Source: Raillietiella orientalis (Eukaryota). Taken from it: a DNA stretch of 64,000 nt. Below are positions 50,412-62,620 of this stretch, piece by piece. Under the pieces are notes generated by a model. That model made no database searches, was not told the DNA's origin, and saw only the letters and a list, made by a program, of their open reading frames with translations. The translations under genes were made by a program, and so were the position numbers. The stretch is taken from the NCBI GenBank assembly GCA_036172245.1, contig JAYWIR010000014.1, forward strand, positions 1,426,001 to 1,490,000, in the 5' to 3' direction. The stretch's first letter is position 1, and each line of letters begins with the position of its first letter.

Positions 50412-50890
50412 GGCCCGCGTCGGAGGCTTTGTGGTTAAGGCTTCCGCGCGTGGCACCATGCGTCGCGAGTTCGAATACCCCGGCAGAAATTGACTCCACT
50501 GCGTCGTTGGGTTCCGGGTTTCTCCTGCAAGATGGCGCTGGTTGGCCTACAAACATTCGGATGCGGCACCGGTAGCGGTTCAAATCGGAGGCCCCTGATG
50601 AAGGCCGGAACAAGGAGAGTAGACCTTCGGGTCCTTCCAGGAATCAAGGAGTAGGGGGTTCCCATCCGGTCGTGCAACGGAGAGCGGACCCCCCCTCCCC
50701 CGGGAGGTATCCCTCCGGAGAGATGAGGAAGGAGATTCCCTTCGGGGTTCCCCTTTGGAAACAACCAGGGTGGAGATGTGATCCTTCCCTCCCGGGAGGA
50801 TCTCTCTCCAGGCATGAGGACTCCAAGCCCTTCCTGAATTCATAGGGCGGAATCCCCTCCCGAGGTGCCCCCTATCTTGAAGAAGTCTAC
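50412..50890 (+). mobile_element. tRNA-derived SINE, family 1, short variant (both ends present, centre missing)
   Basis: Head GGCCCGCGTCGGAGGCTTTGTGGTTAAGG...GTGGCACCATGCGTCGCGAGTTCGAATAC, then CTGGTTGGCC, CCTTCCAGGAATCAAGG, CCTTCCTGAATTCATAGGGCG and tail CTTGAAGA. About 480 bp, versus ~700 bp for the long copies. Confidence 0.85.
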
Positions 50891-51356
50891 ATAAAAAAGT
50901 TTTCTAAGAACAATAACAAAAGGTTTGGAGCTACCTTGGAAGAGCAGAACAAGGAAATTAGGAAATGTGGAGAAACCCCGGCTACCTATCGCCACCTTTC
51001 TTACAAATGTAGCAGCGCTTCTTCATCTATTCCGCTTTCCCATTGACTTTCTTCGGTGTCTTCACTCAAGTGCCTCCAACGTTATAACATGTGTGTTGGT
51101 CTCTACAGATCGGCGAAATTGTACTCAGACGTCAATCAGGAGCGGAAACGAATTGCCACAACGTTCCGGTCGATTCTCCGCGCCGAATCACTCTGAGCAT
51201 CCTGAAAATTCAAATCAACCCTTCAAGTTCGAATCTCCGAATGTTTTTGCTTACTGATATCATCTCTAATGAGAACAGTCTTGTTCGTGGATCTCATCGA
51301 TGTGGAATTTCGGGAGAGAATTCGGAATCCGACTTGGGAACCCTTTTGCACCGTCT

Positions 51357-52090
51357 GGCCTGCGTTGGCGGTCGTGTAGCTACAGTGGTCTCCCCGCGTG
51401 GCACCAAGCGTCGCGAATTCGAATCCCTCCCGAGGGAAGATCGACGCCGAAAAATGGGTGAGCCGTGGCTTTCGAGTCTCCCTCCCCGCAGGACGACTCC
51501 GGTTGGCCTGCAGGCTTCGGATGAGCACCGGTGCAAGCCGGAACCCCTGTTGACTGTTTGAGATTGGAAGTCGATCCTCCAGGGTTCTTCCAGGAATTAA
51601 GAAGAGCCGGTTCCCTTCGGAGTTCTTCTCCGATTGTGAAAATGAGCTGTACCACCAACCCCTCACTCGTTCATGGATCCTCCGTCCCGTACCATGGAGC
51701 TGGTTGATACCCCTCTCGGAGGTTGCCTCTTCAAGAGTGTTAAGAAGCGCGCTGCTTTTTTCGGGAAAGCGCTCTTCAGAGAAACTGGGAAGCGCTCCTT
51801 CGAGGTTCTCTTCATAGGAGTAAACACGGAGTGGTTCTCTTGCAGGTTTCCCTTAGAAGAAACGAGTGGCTCCCTCCTCGTTTCTTCGGGGGGGAAGGGG
51901 GGGAGAAGGAAGAGGGGAGAGGGATGTAATAGGGAAATAGGGAAGAGATTCCCTTTGGAGATAACCAGGGCGAGGATTTTCTTTGAGGTTCCCTACCAAG
52001 CGTAAGAGGAACGGACTCCATCTTCGAAGTATTCCTGGACTCATAGGGTGATCCTTCCTGGAGTTACCCCCTAACTTTAAGAGTAAACAT
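51357..52090 (+). mobile_element. tRNA-derived SINE, family 1, near full-length copy
   Basis: Head ...CGCGTGGCACCAAGCGTCGCGAATTCGAATCCC, GATCGACGCCGAAAAATGGG, ACCCCTCTCGGAGGTTG, AGAGTGTTAAGAAGCGCGCTGCTTT, AAGAGGAACGGACTCC and tail CTAACTTTAAGAGTAAAC. Colinear with 31595-32250. Confidence 0.9.
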
Positions 52091-53010
52091 GTGCTAGTGA
52101 CGATGCAGAGCATTTGTTTGATGTAGTGTGGGTCTGAATCTGCATGCGTCACGGCACTCTGGATGACCTGCAGTTTGCAGATTTTTTCGTTTGGGAGGAA
52201 TGCAGCACAACCCTAGAGTGGTCCTCACTCTCTCATTGCACTGTTACTGGTGCCTACCGAAGCCTCTGAGACCCATCTTCTCCTGAGCTCGAATGTTTGT
52301 GTTTTTTCTTGCTCTTGGAAGTGTTCCAAACAATCAGTGGTTGAAAGAAAGCCCCGCTCCAAGAACTGGAAGTACTTAAGGCACTTGTCAGAATGATGGA
52401 AATCCTTTGCGTTTAAAGAAAAGCAGCTCAAGCGTCGCTGGAAACGAACCCCCGGTTGCTACCGGAAGAGCGGCATTGCTTGTCAAACGTCGGAAAGCAC
52501 CCTTACAAACACATTGTAGCAGTTGCAGAAACCTATTTACGGGAGAACTCTTGACGATGGTGAGCATTATTCCCACAAAATGTTTCTTAATTTATCCTTG
52601 GTCTTTCTCAGCCCCTTCCTGAAAGAAAACCGCTCGATGCTTTCCTTGCAAGAAAAACGGACCTACAAAATCAGACCAGCTCCGCTTCGAGAACGCGCCT
52701 TGAGTTGGCGATGCCAGAAATCCACGTCGAGGACGAGACTGTAGCATCGAAAATTCCAGAACTGGCAGGATTGCCCCCTGTCGATTCTCAGCATGTGGAT
52801 CTTTCGAGGAATCTGCCAAGCTCGAGACTGAAGTTTTTCTGGGTAAGTGCAGCCTGCTCTCACGGGAGCTCCGAACGTGCAGAGGGTCCAGAACTCGGGA
52901 AACGCATGGCAGAAATTCAGATCAGACGGACGTCGTTCTTATTGGAAAATGCGCTGTAGGTTGGATTCGCGTAGTTGGCATGACAGATGATCACAGTTGA
53001 TTGGTTGCTT

Positions 53011-53081
53011 CCTCCGGAGCCTTCCTGGATTCATATGGTGGTTACCCCTCAGGGGTTACCTCCCTAACCTGAAGAATTAAC
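53011..53081 (+). mobile_element. 3'-terminal fragment of SINE family 1
   Basis: CTCCGGAGCCTTCCTGGATTCATA...CTAACCTGAAGAATTAAC matches the last ~70 bp of the other copies. Confidence 0.7.
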
Positions 53082-56000
53082 TTCAACGAGCTAAGCAGCA
53101 TCAAGTCCCATCACAAACGAGAACACGGAAGACGAGAAATTTGAGACTGGTTGCTGTCGAAAGGCAGCATGTCTGGCGACAAGTAATGGGCAGCAAGTAA
53201 AGGCCTACTCCAACAGTTAAGGAAGCAGTCCCTATGGAGGTAGCAGAGCGGAAACTGATGTCCCCGTCATATCACGATGTAGAAACGCGTTCTCTCACCA
53301 AGCAGTGAGGTTCTCGAGCTAGCCTGCAAGGGAAAGCACGCGATCAAGAATGCCAAACGCACGTTGATGATGGAATGATAAGGATGATCTTTGGTTTTAG
53401 CGGATGAGACAAAAAACGAAAGTGAAGTCGTGATGGACACCGGATCATACTCGATCACCGACCATGGCCTAAGAACGAAGTGGTCGGTTGTACAGCGAGG
53501 CGGTTATCGCCTTCAGCAGCAGACGCATGTCCTCTCATCCGTGATCGAAAGACACGATTCCACTCTGCGAAATCTCTGGAGCTGGAAAATCGGCCATCAG
53601 AGAAATTAATCGGCGGATGTTTACAAGGAGCATAAATATCCGCATATCTGCGCCGTGATTAGTGTGCGTAGGTGCGTGAGCATCATGCAAATCTTTCGCT
53701 TCCTGCTTCGCAATATCTTAGCATGCCATTCAAAGTCCTTGTAGTCCCTGTTCTCCGGGTGCCCTGCTGTAAACATCCACCCAGCATCGCCATGGCACCT
53801 TCCGAGAGCCGCCCGTTTCTCTCGGTCTCCGAAAGAAAGCAAAGCAAGCTGTTCTTGCTCTAGAAAGGCGGCAAAAGAGTTTCGGGAAAATTCCGGATGG
53901 CCGGAGGCTTCGTATGCTGACGCTGCCGGACTGCTTGTGTTGTCGCAAAGCGAAGCGTCCCAGCTGGTGTCGAGCACGGACGAGAACTCGAGCAGGAAAC
54001 TCTCAGTGACCTTGGCGCGCACCCCTGTGGCAAACAGCTTCCCCCGAGCCGGCACGAAACCCTCTCCCCACCAGGGACCTTTGGTGTCCATTACTCACCT
54101 CAAAAACGACCACCTTCCCCAGGGAAGCTACGGTGAATCATTGCACCATGGAGGGCACCACGCAAGCTGCATGGGTGGTGGCTGCATGAAGATGAAGGTT
54201 TCTTCCAGCCGGGGCTACAGCACACCATTTTTCTCTCTCTCACACACCCTCTCTCTTTTAGCCATGAAGTCTTTGAGGATGCTCCTGGATGTTCCTTCCT
54301 CTTGTGCTAACTGCTTCATATATATCGAAACAATGCCCATCATCACCACCCTGAGTTCTAAGCATTCGAGCGGGCTCAGTGCGTTCCGGGACATGCTGCG
54401 GCTTTAGAAAGAGCAGAGAAACTCCGGTGCCAGAAGGAAGGCAACCCGCTCAAGAGTTCGGAACCGGAAGCGGCTACTGCGACGAAGAAGGAGCCCCGCT
54501 TTGGCCACGCTATCTCCTCTCTTCCCTTCTGCGAGAGCACGCACCAGTGAATCATGAGCTGCTGCGGCACGCGAGGTTCTGCGGCATGGAGGAGGGGACT
54601 TCAGGAAGGTAGCGGAAGTGAACCACCGAGGAGCGGCAAACGCAACCCGGAGAAGAGCGGCGGTGGGCGCAGCGAAGCATCCCCTCTGGGTTGCCTCCGG
54701 GTCGGCGCTGATCCGACGACGCGATAATCCCGGCCATCTGATCGCCCGTAGCAGGAGCGCGAATGGGCTGGAGGTCAGGAGCTACGCTTGGCAGAGTGGC
54801 GGCTTCCTGCTTCTCCCTTCGAAGCCGACCGCGCAATGGTGTGGCGTCCGCCTCCTCCACTCTCCCGCAAAAATCAGCGCGTGGTGCCATCGGCCCGGAC
54901 GGAGAGCTCCGCACGCTTGCTGAGAAACCTCAGCCCTGCTGTCACAGGCGGAGTTTCCCCGGAAGCCACGCGCTGAAGGCGACCTCCTCTTGACCCTTCC
55001 CGATTCCAACCGGCAGGTTCCTCTTCCTTGAGTGGTTGGCTGAGTCCTCCGAAACCCCCCCCCCCTCCTGTGCTCTCCTGTGGTCCTCCTTGACTCCCCT
55101 TCCTCCTTTTCTTTTTCGGGAGGTGCTGGAGAGTGGCGAGGATCTTTTGTCAAGGAGAGCCAGGAGTATCGGGAGTCTCTCGGGACGGGAATCTGGATAG
55201 TCCCACGTTCTTGCACGCTCGTGCGCTCCAGGAGTGCGGGCCGAAAGCAAGGACACGCGTGTTCCGAGATCCCCTGATGCTCCTGGAGCTTTCCTGAGGG
55301 CAAGAAACGACTCTGAAATGGAGGACGAGGCGTTTCTGAAGGGCCTTGCTCGTCACACCCACGCTCCACTGCCCTTATTCCAGAAGTCGCGACTTCCAGA
55401 ACCACCTTTGACCCCTTCATCACCCGCACTCCTCAGCTCACGTCCCCTACATGAACATCCAGGGGTCGGCAGCGGCGAGAGGGCACGAGCAGCTTGGATC
55501 CCTTCCGGGAAGAGAGCCAACAGCGCCATCCGATGGGGCTGGAGATGTCGGCGACTTCCACCCCACTCTCCCGCAGATTCTCACAACGAACGCCCCAAAG
55601 GGAGGGTCAGACCGTCTCCAAAGGGGATGGAGGAAGGGGATGCCGTGCCGACTCCTTCCCCGCCCTGGACCTCCCCCTTCAGGGACCGGCTGGTACTCCG
55701 TGCCACTGCCTTGAGATACGCGCTTGTTGCCACCGGCCCTTCGAGAGCAGGAGAAAAAGGACAACCCTCGTTCTGCCTCTGGAATGGGGCCGGGTCTTCC
55801 GGAGCTCCGCAGTCCCTAGGCTAATCCTCTGCATCAGTCCCTCTCCTGAGGAAGGAGTGCGCTCATCCACCTCTCCCGTCGCTCCTCCCCGAAAAAGCAC
55901 AAGTCTTGCTGGGAGTAGTCCTGAGCCCTCGAGGGAAGCAGGACGCGCTTTTGGAGAGAGGAAGGAAGAAGGGGAGATGGGAAGAAGAGGAATGGGTATC

Positions 56001-58832
56001 TCCCTTCTTCCCGGTGGTATTCCGGATGCTATCCGACTCCTCTCCTGGATGCGCCCGAGGGACCAAGGGAGATGCCCCGCGCTCCGAGGATGCACGACAC
56101 TCGGAAAACGGGCATGAAGCAGCAGATGGGGACGAAACTCTGGAGGAAGAGGAGACCGGGTCTGGGAGGCGTGCTTCGACGCCCCTTCACCACGGAGAAG
56201 AGGAGGTGGGCTGATCGCCCGCGCGCGCGTGCCGTCGCCGCCCTGGTCGGGGAAGGAGGGGGAGGAGGCGGGCCTCCTCGCTCTCTCGACGAGGCTCTCC
56301 ACCTATCTCGCGTTCGCCGGAGATCCCTCCTGTTTCCTCGCGCCCTAGGCGCTGGTCCTCACCCCGAAGCTCCGTTTTTTCCTTTTCTCCTTTGCGCCTG
56401 CGGAGCAAACGACACTCACGTCCCTCGGAGGCATCAGGTGCGCCCGAGGAGGCGCGTGGAGGGGCGCTCGGAGGAAGATGCACCCCTTGCAGGAAAATCA
56501 GGGGGAGGGGTCACCTGGATAAGAGCGCAGGGGACGAGGCCTCAGGGCGAAAGCCCCCGAGGGAGAGTTCGGTCGGCGGGGATGATGGCCCGTGCGCGCG
56601 GAGGCTCGTTCTGGAACTGGTGGAAGGAAGTATGGGCTCTCGGGGCACGAGGACGTAGAGGAGGAGAGGGGAAGACCCCGCAGGGAAGAAAGAAACTGCT
56701 AGGGGGCAATCGGAGGCTCCGATCAGGATGAGCAGGGGGTGGACGCACATTCCTCGTCGTTGCTTGGGAGAGGGGCGAGGGAACCTCTTCCTGGTGCGGA
56801 GAGCGGGATCTGCCTTCCCCAAGGAACCGGGAACGAGGAGGCGTCCCGGTTCCTTTGGGAATGGCAGCGGGATTTGTCGGAGTCCTGCGGCCCACGAAGC
56901 CCACGTGTAGAGAGGAGGAGAAGAGCAGCCCTCGGACGATGAGGAAACGAAAGGAAGAACTTTCCCCCGTAGTCGCCTCGGGAGGGGAAAGAGAGGGGGG
57001 CATTTTGAGCGCGTTGGGGAGGGATAGGGAACGCCCCCTTCTTCGCGGAAAGGTCGGGGTTCGGCACTCCTGTAGGAGAGGTCGGCACCTCCGATGAGAG
57101 AGCGCGCCATGGAGGGTCCGTCGGCACCGCCCGCCGCCTCCTTCCGTGCTTCAGGAGGACTTCGTGCTCTTCTTCCCCTCTTCCCGTCCACCCTCCCACC
57201 CCTCGGGCGGGCGGGGGTGGATGAGCGAAAACAAGCGGCGCATCTTGTTTGGAGGTAACCTTGAAAACCGGAGCCGCCTTTCTTTCCAGGCGACGAAGAA
57301 TGGGTTGGACACAAAGCCTCCTTCCCGGCTTCGAAGAATAGGGTCGCCATTGCCAGGGGGTGGCGATCCTCCATTCACGTCACGCGTCTCCATGAGAAAC
57401 CTGTTTGCGCCCCGACAGGTTTATTCGATCCCGAGCAGGTGTTGGGGAACCCGTTTCCTGCTCCTCTCCCTTCCGGAGAGCCGACCGCGCGGAAAGCTCC
57501 CCGGCCCCCGTCCGACGCGCTCCGCATTATTGGGGCTCCTTCCCGGAGGAGGAGCGGCGGTGTCGCCGTCGCCGGGAGAGATTTTTTCAGGAAGGTCTCT
57601 TCTCTTTCTTTCTTTCCTGAAAAGGAGGGAGAACCGGGGTTTAGGAGACTCGAGCGGAGAAGGGGAGGGAAAGGGAGGAAGGGGCTAACCGTTTCCCAGG
57701 ACGCCGCGATCGGAAAGCGCGGCGAACAATGAGATAAGCAAGAAGGGAGGAGTCCGGTTGCCGGATCCTGGACAGGGCGGAATTCTCGCTCCCGAGCCTG
57801 GCCCTGGCGCTTTGTCTCCGCACTCTCTTCAAGAAGGACTCCCCAAAGAGGTTTTTTTTTCCTTTCCTCCTTTTTCTCTTCCTTCCTTCCTTCCCCTCCC
57901 CCCTCCTCCTTCTTCCTCTTCGCACTTCTTGTCTTTCGAAGTTTCAAAAGGAGCGCTCTGAGAGGTTGATTCTTGACTCACTTCCACCGTCACCGCCCCT
58001 GTTCCACCTCCTGCTTCTCCTCCTCCTCCCATCCCCCCCCCCGCTCTCGCTCGCTCTCTCCGTTCGCGCATTTTCTTGTCGGTGATTATTTTCATTTGTC
58101 AAGTCTCCTCAATCCGAAAGAAACTAATCTTCGCCCGGGATCTTCGCTCCGAGACTTTTACAAGGAGTTCGCCTTACTTTCCAGAGAGGAGGGGAGATGA
58201 AATGATGAAAAGATCCAAATCTCCCTAACGACTCAAGAATTCAAGGGAAAAAGAAAAATACGGGCGCTCTAAGCTGGGGTTCCCAATCAGCAAGAAGCGG
58301 AATCTTCTCGGACATCTGGAACGCTGCCAAGAGAAATGGAAATGCTTTAATGGACCTCCTCTTCATTGTTATCGCCAGCAACCGATCACAGCGATCTCAC
58401 ATACTGCGAGAGAGACGTCGTCAACATGCGACAACGCAAGGAACGCGGGAAAGAGTTCCGCGCTGCAGGATTCCCGACGTATCCCGAAGGATCGCCAACG
58501 CCTCTCGACGACGCTCTCGTGTGCAGCCGAAAATTGCTGGGGGCGGTCGCCGACGGGCGACTGCACCACTTGCTCTTTATGAGTAATGAAAAGTCATTAC
58601 CTACAATCGGGGAAATCAATACTTCGGACGGAAGAAACGCCAGTCCGAAACCCACAGGATACGTTTGTTCTGGGGTTGCGCCGCTTCAGATAAAAACACA
58701 AAGCGCCTGCGTGACTCATCTCGTGTAAACACCGATCAGGGGTTTCATACGAATTGCAAATAGATTAACCATCTTCACATCTCATGAATAGATAGCGGCA
58801 TTCACTTTGCCTTCAGCAGGTAACAGGTAGCG

Positions 58833-59003
58833 ATCGAGCCATGCAAGTTGTGCGTGACGAGGTCCAACAATCGAACCGTGCAGGTGGCGCGTGACGAGAT
58901 CCAACAATCGAACCGTGCAGGTGGCGCGTGACGAGATCCAACAATCGAACCGTGCAGGTGGCGCGTGACGAGATCCAACAATCGAACCGTGCAGGTGGCA
59001 CGT
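58833..59003. repeat. 37-bp minisatellite, ~4.6 copies
   Basis: Unit ATCGAACCGTGCAGGTGGCGCGTGACGAGATCCAACA starts at 58833 (diverged), at 58870, 58907 and 58944 (identical), and at 58981 (partial). No spacers. Confidence 0.95.
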
Positions 59004-62000
59004 CTGGAATCCGGCTTTTGGAACGAAAACTTCATGACTTCAGAGAACTCATGACTTACAAAGTGCCCACAGCTTGTTTTGAAGGATTCCACGGCATGGC
59101 AGGAAATAGCAGACGTTCACTGTCGCCCTCAGACGATTTTAATTGTGTTACAGCGTTTAGAACTCGAGCATGCGATTGGAAACGCAACTGGCATCCCATC
59201 CCCGTGCACTTGTCATTTGGTGGAGGGGGCAGATCATAATTATTTGTTCTCGTAATTCCGGTGTATGTCTCTCTTGACAACCTGTGCCCTAGAATCGGCA
59301 GAGCAAAACGCAGCCACTAAATCTTTCCCCACAAAATTCGACTTTTCTCTTAACATGTCTGATCTTTCGTTTCTGCGAGATCACAACGAAATTTCTTACA
59401 GTAATGCCATGAATCTCAGTTACACGGAACAGTGTTATGATAAATTGTGTGTCGAGATTTCCTTTAGGAAATCTTTGACAGAAACCTAATTGCTAAAGAC
59501 CTCTCCGGCACACGTTTTTGATGCAAGTGTGCCTCCTGTTGATTCAGCATATAATGAAAAAACACATAAAATGAATGTTGAATTTTTTCATTTAGGTGTG
59601 TTTCCATCCAAACGCAGAGCGCTTGTGCCCAAAATCGTACTGATGTTGCGAGTCCCTACATCGGATGCTTCTCATCAAGGAAACGCAAAGTCCCACCTCA
59701 CAAATATGAAAAGGAACCACGAAACGCATTGAATTTCTGATTTTTCTCTCAGATTTCCTCCCACATGATTTTATTTCTGACGTATGAAAGAAATTTAAAT
59801 GTTCTCTGCAGCTGCACGCGCGTAATCGATTGGTCAGGAATGATGCAGGAGGGTGGTTATGCGGCACATCTTATTAGCCCATTTCTCTTACTCACCACTT
59901 GCTTTGAAAGTGCGAAAGCTCAAAAGAGTCGAGTCATGTCAACATGGAAAATGTATTGAATGGGGTTAGTGAAAGACATAAATTTATAGAATCTTTTCTC
60001 CAAACAAAAGGAACTGCATCATCCTAGGGATTTTCCTTTGTTACTTTTCTTAGTGGCATGAAAATAACTGTTATGCATCGAAATACTCACCAGATAGGCG
60101 AGCATCGAAATACACCATAGCCAATCTTTTCAAAAGACCTCGTACTGTTTAGAGACCACGAAAACTCCAAGTGACAATCCCGAACTATCAAGATGTCTCA
60201 AGCAAAGGATGAGTTCTGAAGCTTCCTGGTTACCGGGTTGGTATGGCTCTTGCGTGCAGCGCTTCGAATGCGGAAGCAGAGAACAAGGAGATGTTTTTGT
60301 GGTCTCCAAGAGTGTTCGACAGCTTCTCGCGCCTTGAGCATTCTCCTCAGATGTTTTTTTTCTTTCATATGTCTCATTTTGATAGATCAAGAAAAGAATA
60401 CAAAAGCGGGAGTCCGTACTGGAACACTCAAAAGGAAATTCAGCGCGTTCTTGCATTCGGGGAGACGGAAAGATGGGTCCCTGTGAACAACTCTGTCTAA
60501 GGCATCATCCTAGAATCGATTTCGATTAGTACGAACCAACTGCTCGCCCAGAGATCCAAACTGCATCCGCCTGCTGGCGACTCCATTTTCCAAGGCTTAT
60601 TGGGGCTTCCTGTGGATTCACGGGATTGCTCGCGCACTGGGAGTGCTCCCAGTCCAGTGCTCCTAGCGTGAGTCATTCCGCGGCTGCTTCGGAAACACAT
60701 CGGGAGCACCGTAGTATCTCCTCCTCTTCCCTGTGTGCTTCCCTCCCTCCTCCATCCGTGGGACCCATTCCCACCGCCAGCTCGTGTGCGTCGAGTGCAC
60801 AGAGTGCGTGAGCGCCTGAGCTCTTCCGAGCGCGCGTGGCCTGTCAGTGCAGCAGAAATACAAGCGCATCGCCGCCTCACCGGGCTGATGAGACCGGGTG
60901 GAAAACCAAGCTGAGGCGGAAAGGCGGAAGTTCCCGCTCCGAGAGGATTCCCCTTCCCTTCTTGGCTACGCCTCGATAGTGGTTTCGCTGCTGGTCGGTA
61001 GCGCCTGGGAACGGCAAGAGGAAGAGGGTAAAGGGACAAGAAGACTAGCAGCCAAATGGCACAGCGGCTCCTCCAGCGGTGATACTGAGGTCTTAGAAAG
61101 AAACAGGTTCTTCGCTGGCAGTATAAACCCAGAAGACCCTCCTGGTTCCTTCTTCACCGGCATTTTCTTCCTGGAGGATTCCTGAAGTATCCTTGACGTC
61201 TGGCGCGCGGCTCGATTCACTTGTGCGCAGCCGAAAATCGCTTCAGGCAATCGCAGATAGGCGAAGGACTCGCGCGAAATGGTGTTCAAAGAAACAGTCG
61301 AACTACCGAGGTGCGCGCGCAATCACTCTTCTTCCGGTCTAGCACGCTCACCTTTGGAGGTTTCTTGCGAAAAGAAGCCAAATGATGGAGACGGAGCCAG
61401 GCCTCGATTGGGAGTTTCCTCTCTCTCCTGCGTCACAGAAGACCAGGAGGCAAGTGGCTGCCACTCTGAGAGGAACATTGGAACCCACTTGAGGGGGATC
61501 CGAAAAACTTCTAGAGGACTGCCGCTTCCCCAGAAGACTGTAACACCTGCCTGGATAAGCCCCTGAACTCGTTTCTCGATGGTTGATGCGTAGAGGGGCT
61601 TGAGGATGCAGGAACGACGGCGTGACCATGCTGGCAGTGGTCAGGAAGCGACTCCTAACCTCACTCGGAGACCTGTCGTCGTGACGTCTCTCCAAGCAGG
61701 CGCTCAGGAGCTGCAGGAGATGGTGCGCAAGATGGAGCTCGCTGAAGATGCCGGCACTTTCCCCTGTGGTTGGTCGGCTGGTAGGGGAGTGGACACACCC
61801 TTAAAGGACAGCTACGACAGAAGGCCCTTTGGCACTCTCGTAAGAGGCGCTCTCTCTTCGCGGTCACAGGAGCATTCAGTAGCCTTGCGATCCGCTGACC
61901 TACAGGACGTGTAGAGGTGGAGCAGAGCTGAGGAAGCGCCCACCTACCAGCGATGAGCGATCACCATGGTGCCTGGAGACCTGTACGCTATGGGGCGTGC

Positions 62001-62218
62001 AGATCTCGAGGGACTGAAAAGAAACGTAGCATCTCGGACTCCTGGTTTTCCTGCTTTCCGCGGCGTGCTTCTGGCGCCGTTCCCAGAAGGGGTGTCGCAC
62101 GGAGGCTCCCGGGGAAAACTGGAAACGCGCGAGCAAGGCGAAACAGGAAAAAAAACACCATCAGGAATCCGAACTTCGGGTGCGGGAAGTCTAGGGAAAG
62201 GGTCGACGAAGGGGCCAG

Positions 62219-62620
62219 CTAAACCCTCCAACCGTTTCCTAAAACGAGAACACTCCAGCTTCTTCCGGCTCGTTCGTGTGGCGCGGACGTGCGGAGGCCA
62301 CGCCCGGCGCGCCCTCGGGGAGGAGCTCCTGGAAGGCTGAGCGGGCGGCGCAGGACGGTCTCGATGTGGAAGTTCACGCGGTCCGCCACCAACAGCGCAC
62401 GCACGGACTGCGGAGCATCAGCAGCGACCAGGCGACTCTGAGGAGCTCTCGCCGACCTCCGCATCCTTCGCTCCGAGCTGCCCGGTTGAGCGCGAGTGTG
62501 CGCGGTGCGAAGGAGGAACACGGAGAGTCCTCTTCGTTTCATCTCCCAAAGGCTTCCGCAGAGGATTTCAGGGGCTGTGGATCCAACATTCGCGTCCGGA
62601 AACCTCTGCTGCTGCTGCTG
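62219..62620 (-). CDS. Candidate exon, unknown product (QQQQQRFPDANVG...ALLVADRVNFHIETVLRRPL...)
   Basis: A strong minus-strand acceptor, TTCTCTCTTTTCGGTCCCTATAG, is followed by a frame open for 133 codons to a TAG at 62219-62221. No family match, and GC-rich sequence inflates open frames. Confidence 0.2.
   Translation of the reverse strand, partial: QQQQQRFPDANVGSTAPEILCGSLWEMKRRGLSVFLLRTAHTRAQPGSSERRMRRSARAPQSRLVAADAPQSVRALLVADRVNFHIETVLRRPLSLPGAPPRGRAGRGLRTSAPHERAGRSWSVLVLGNGWRV

Noticed and set aside
58833..59003. 37-bp repeats as a CRISPR array
   Set aside because: The units are directly adjacent with no unique spacers, there are no cas genes, and the context is eukaryotic.
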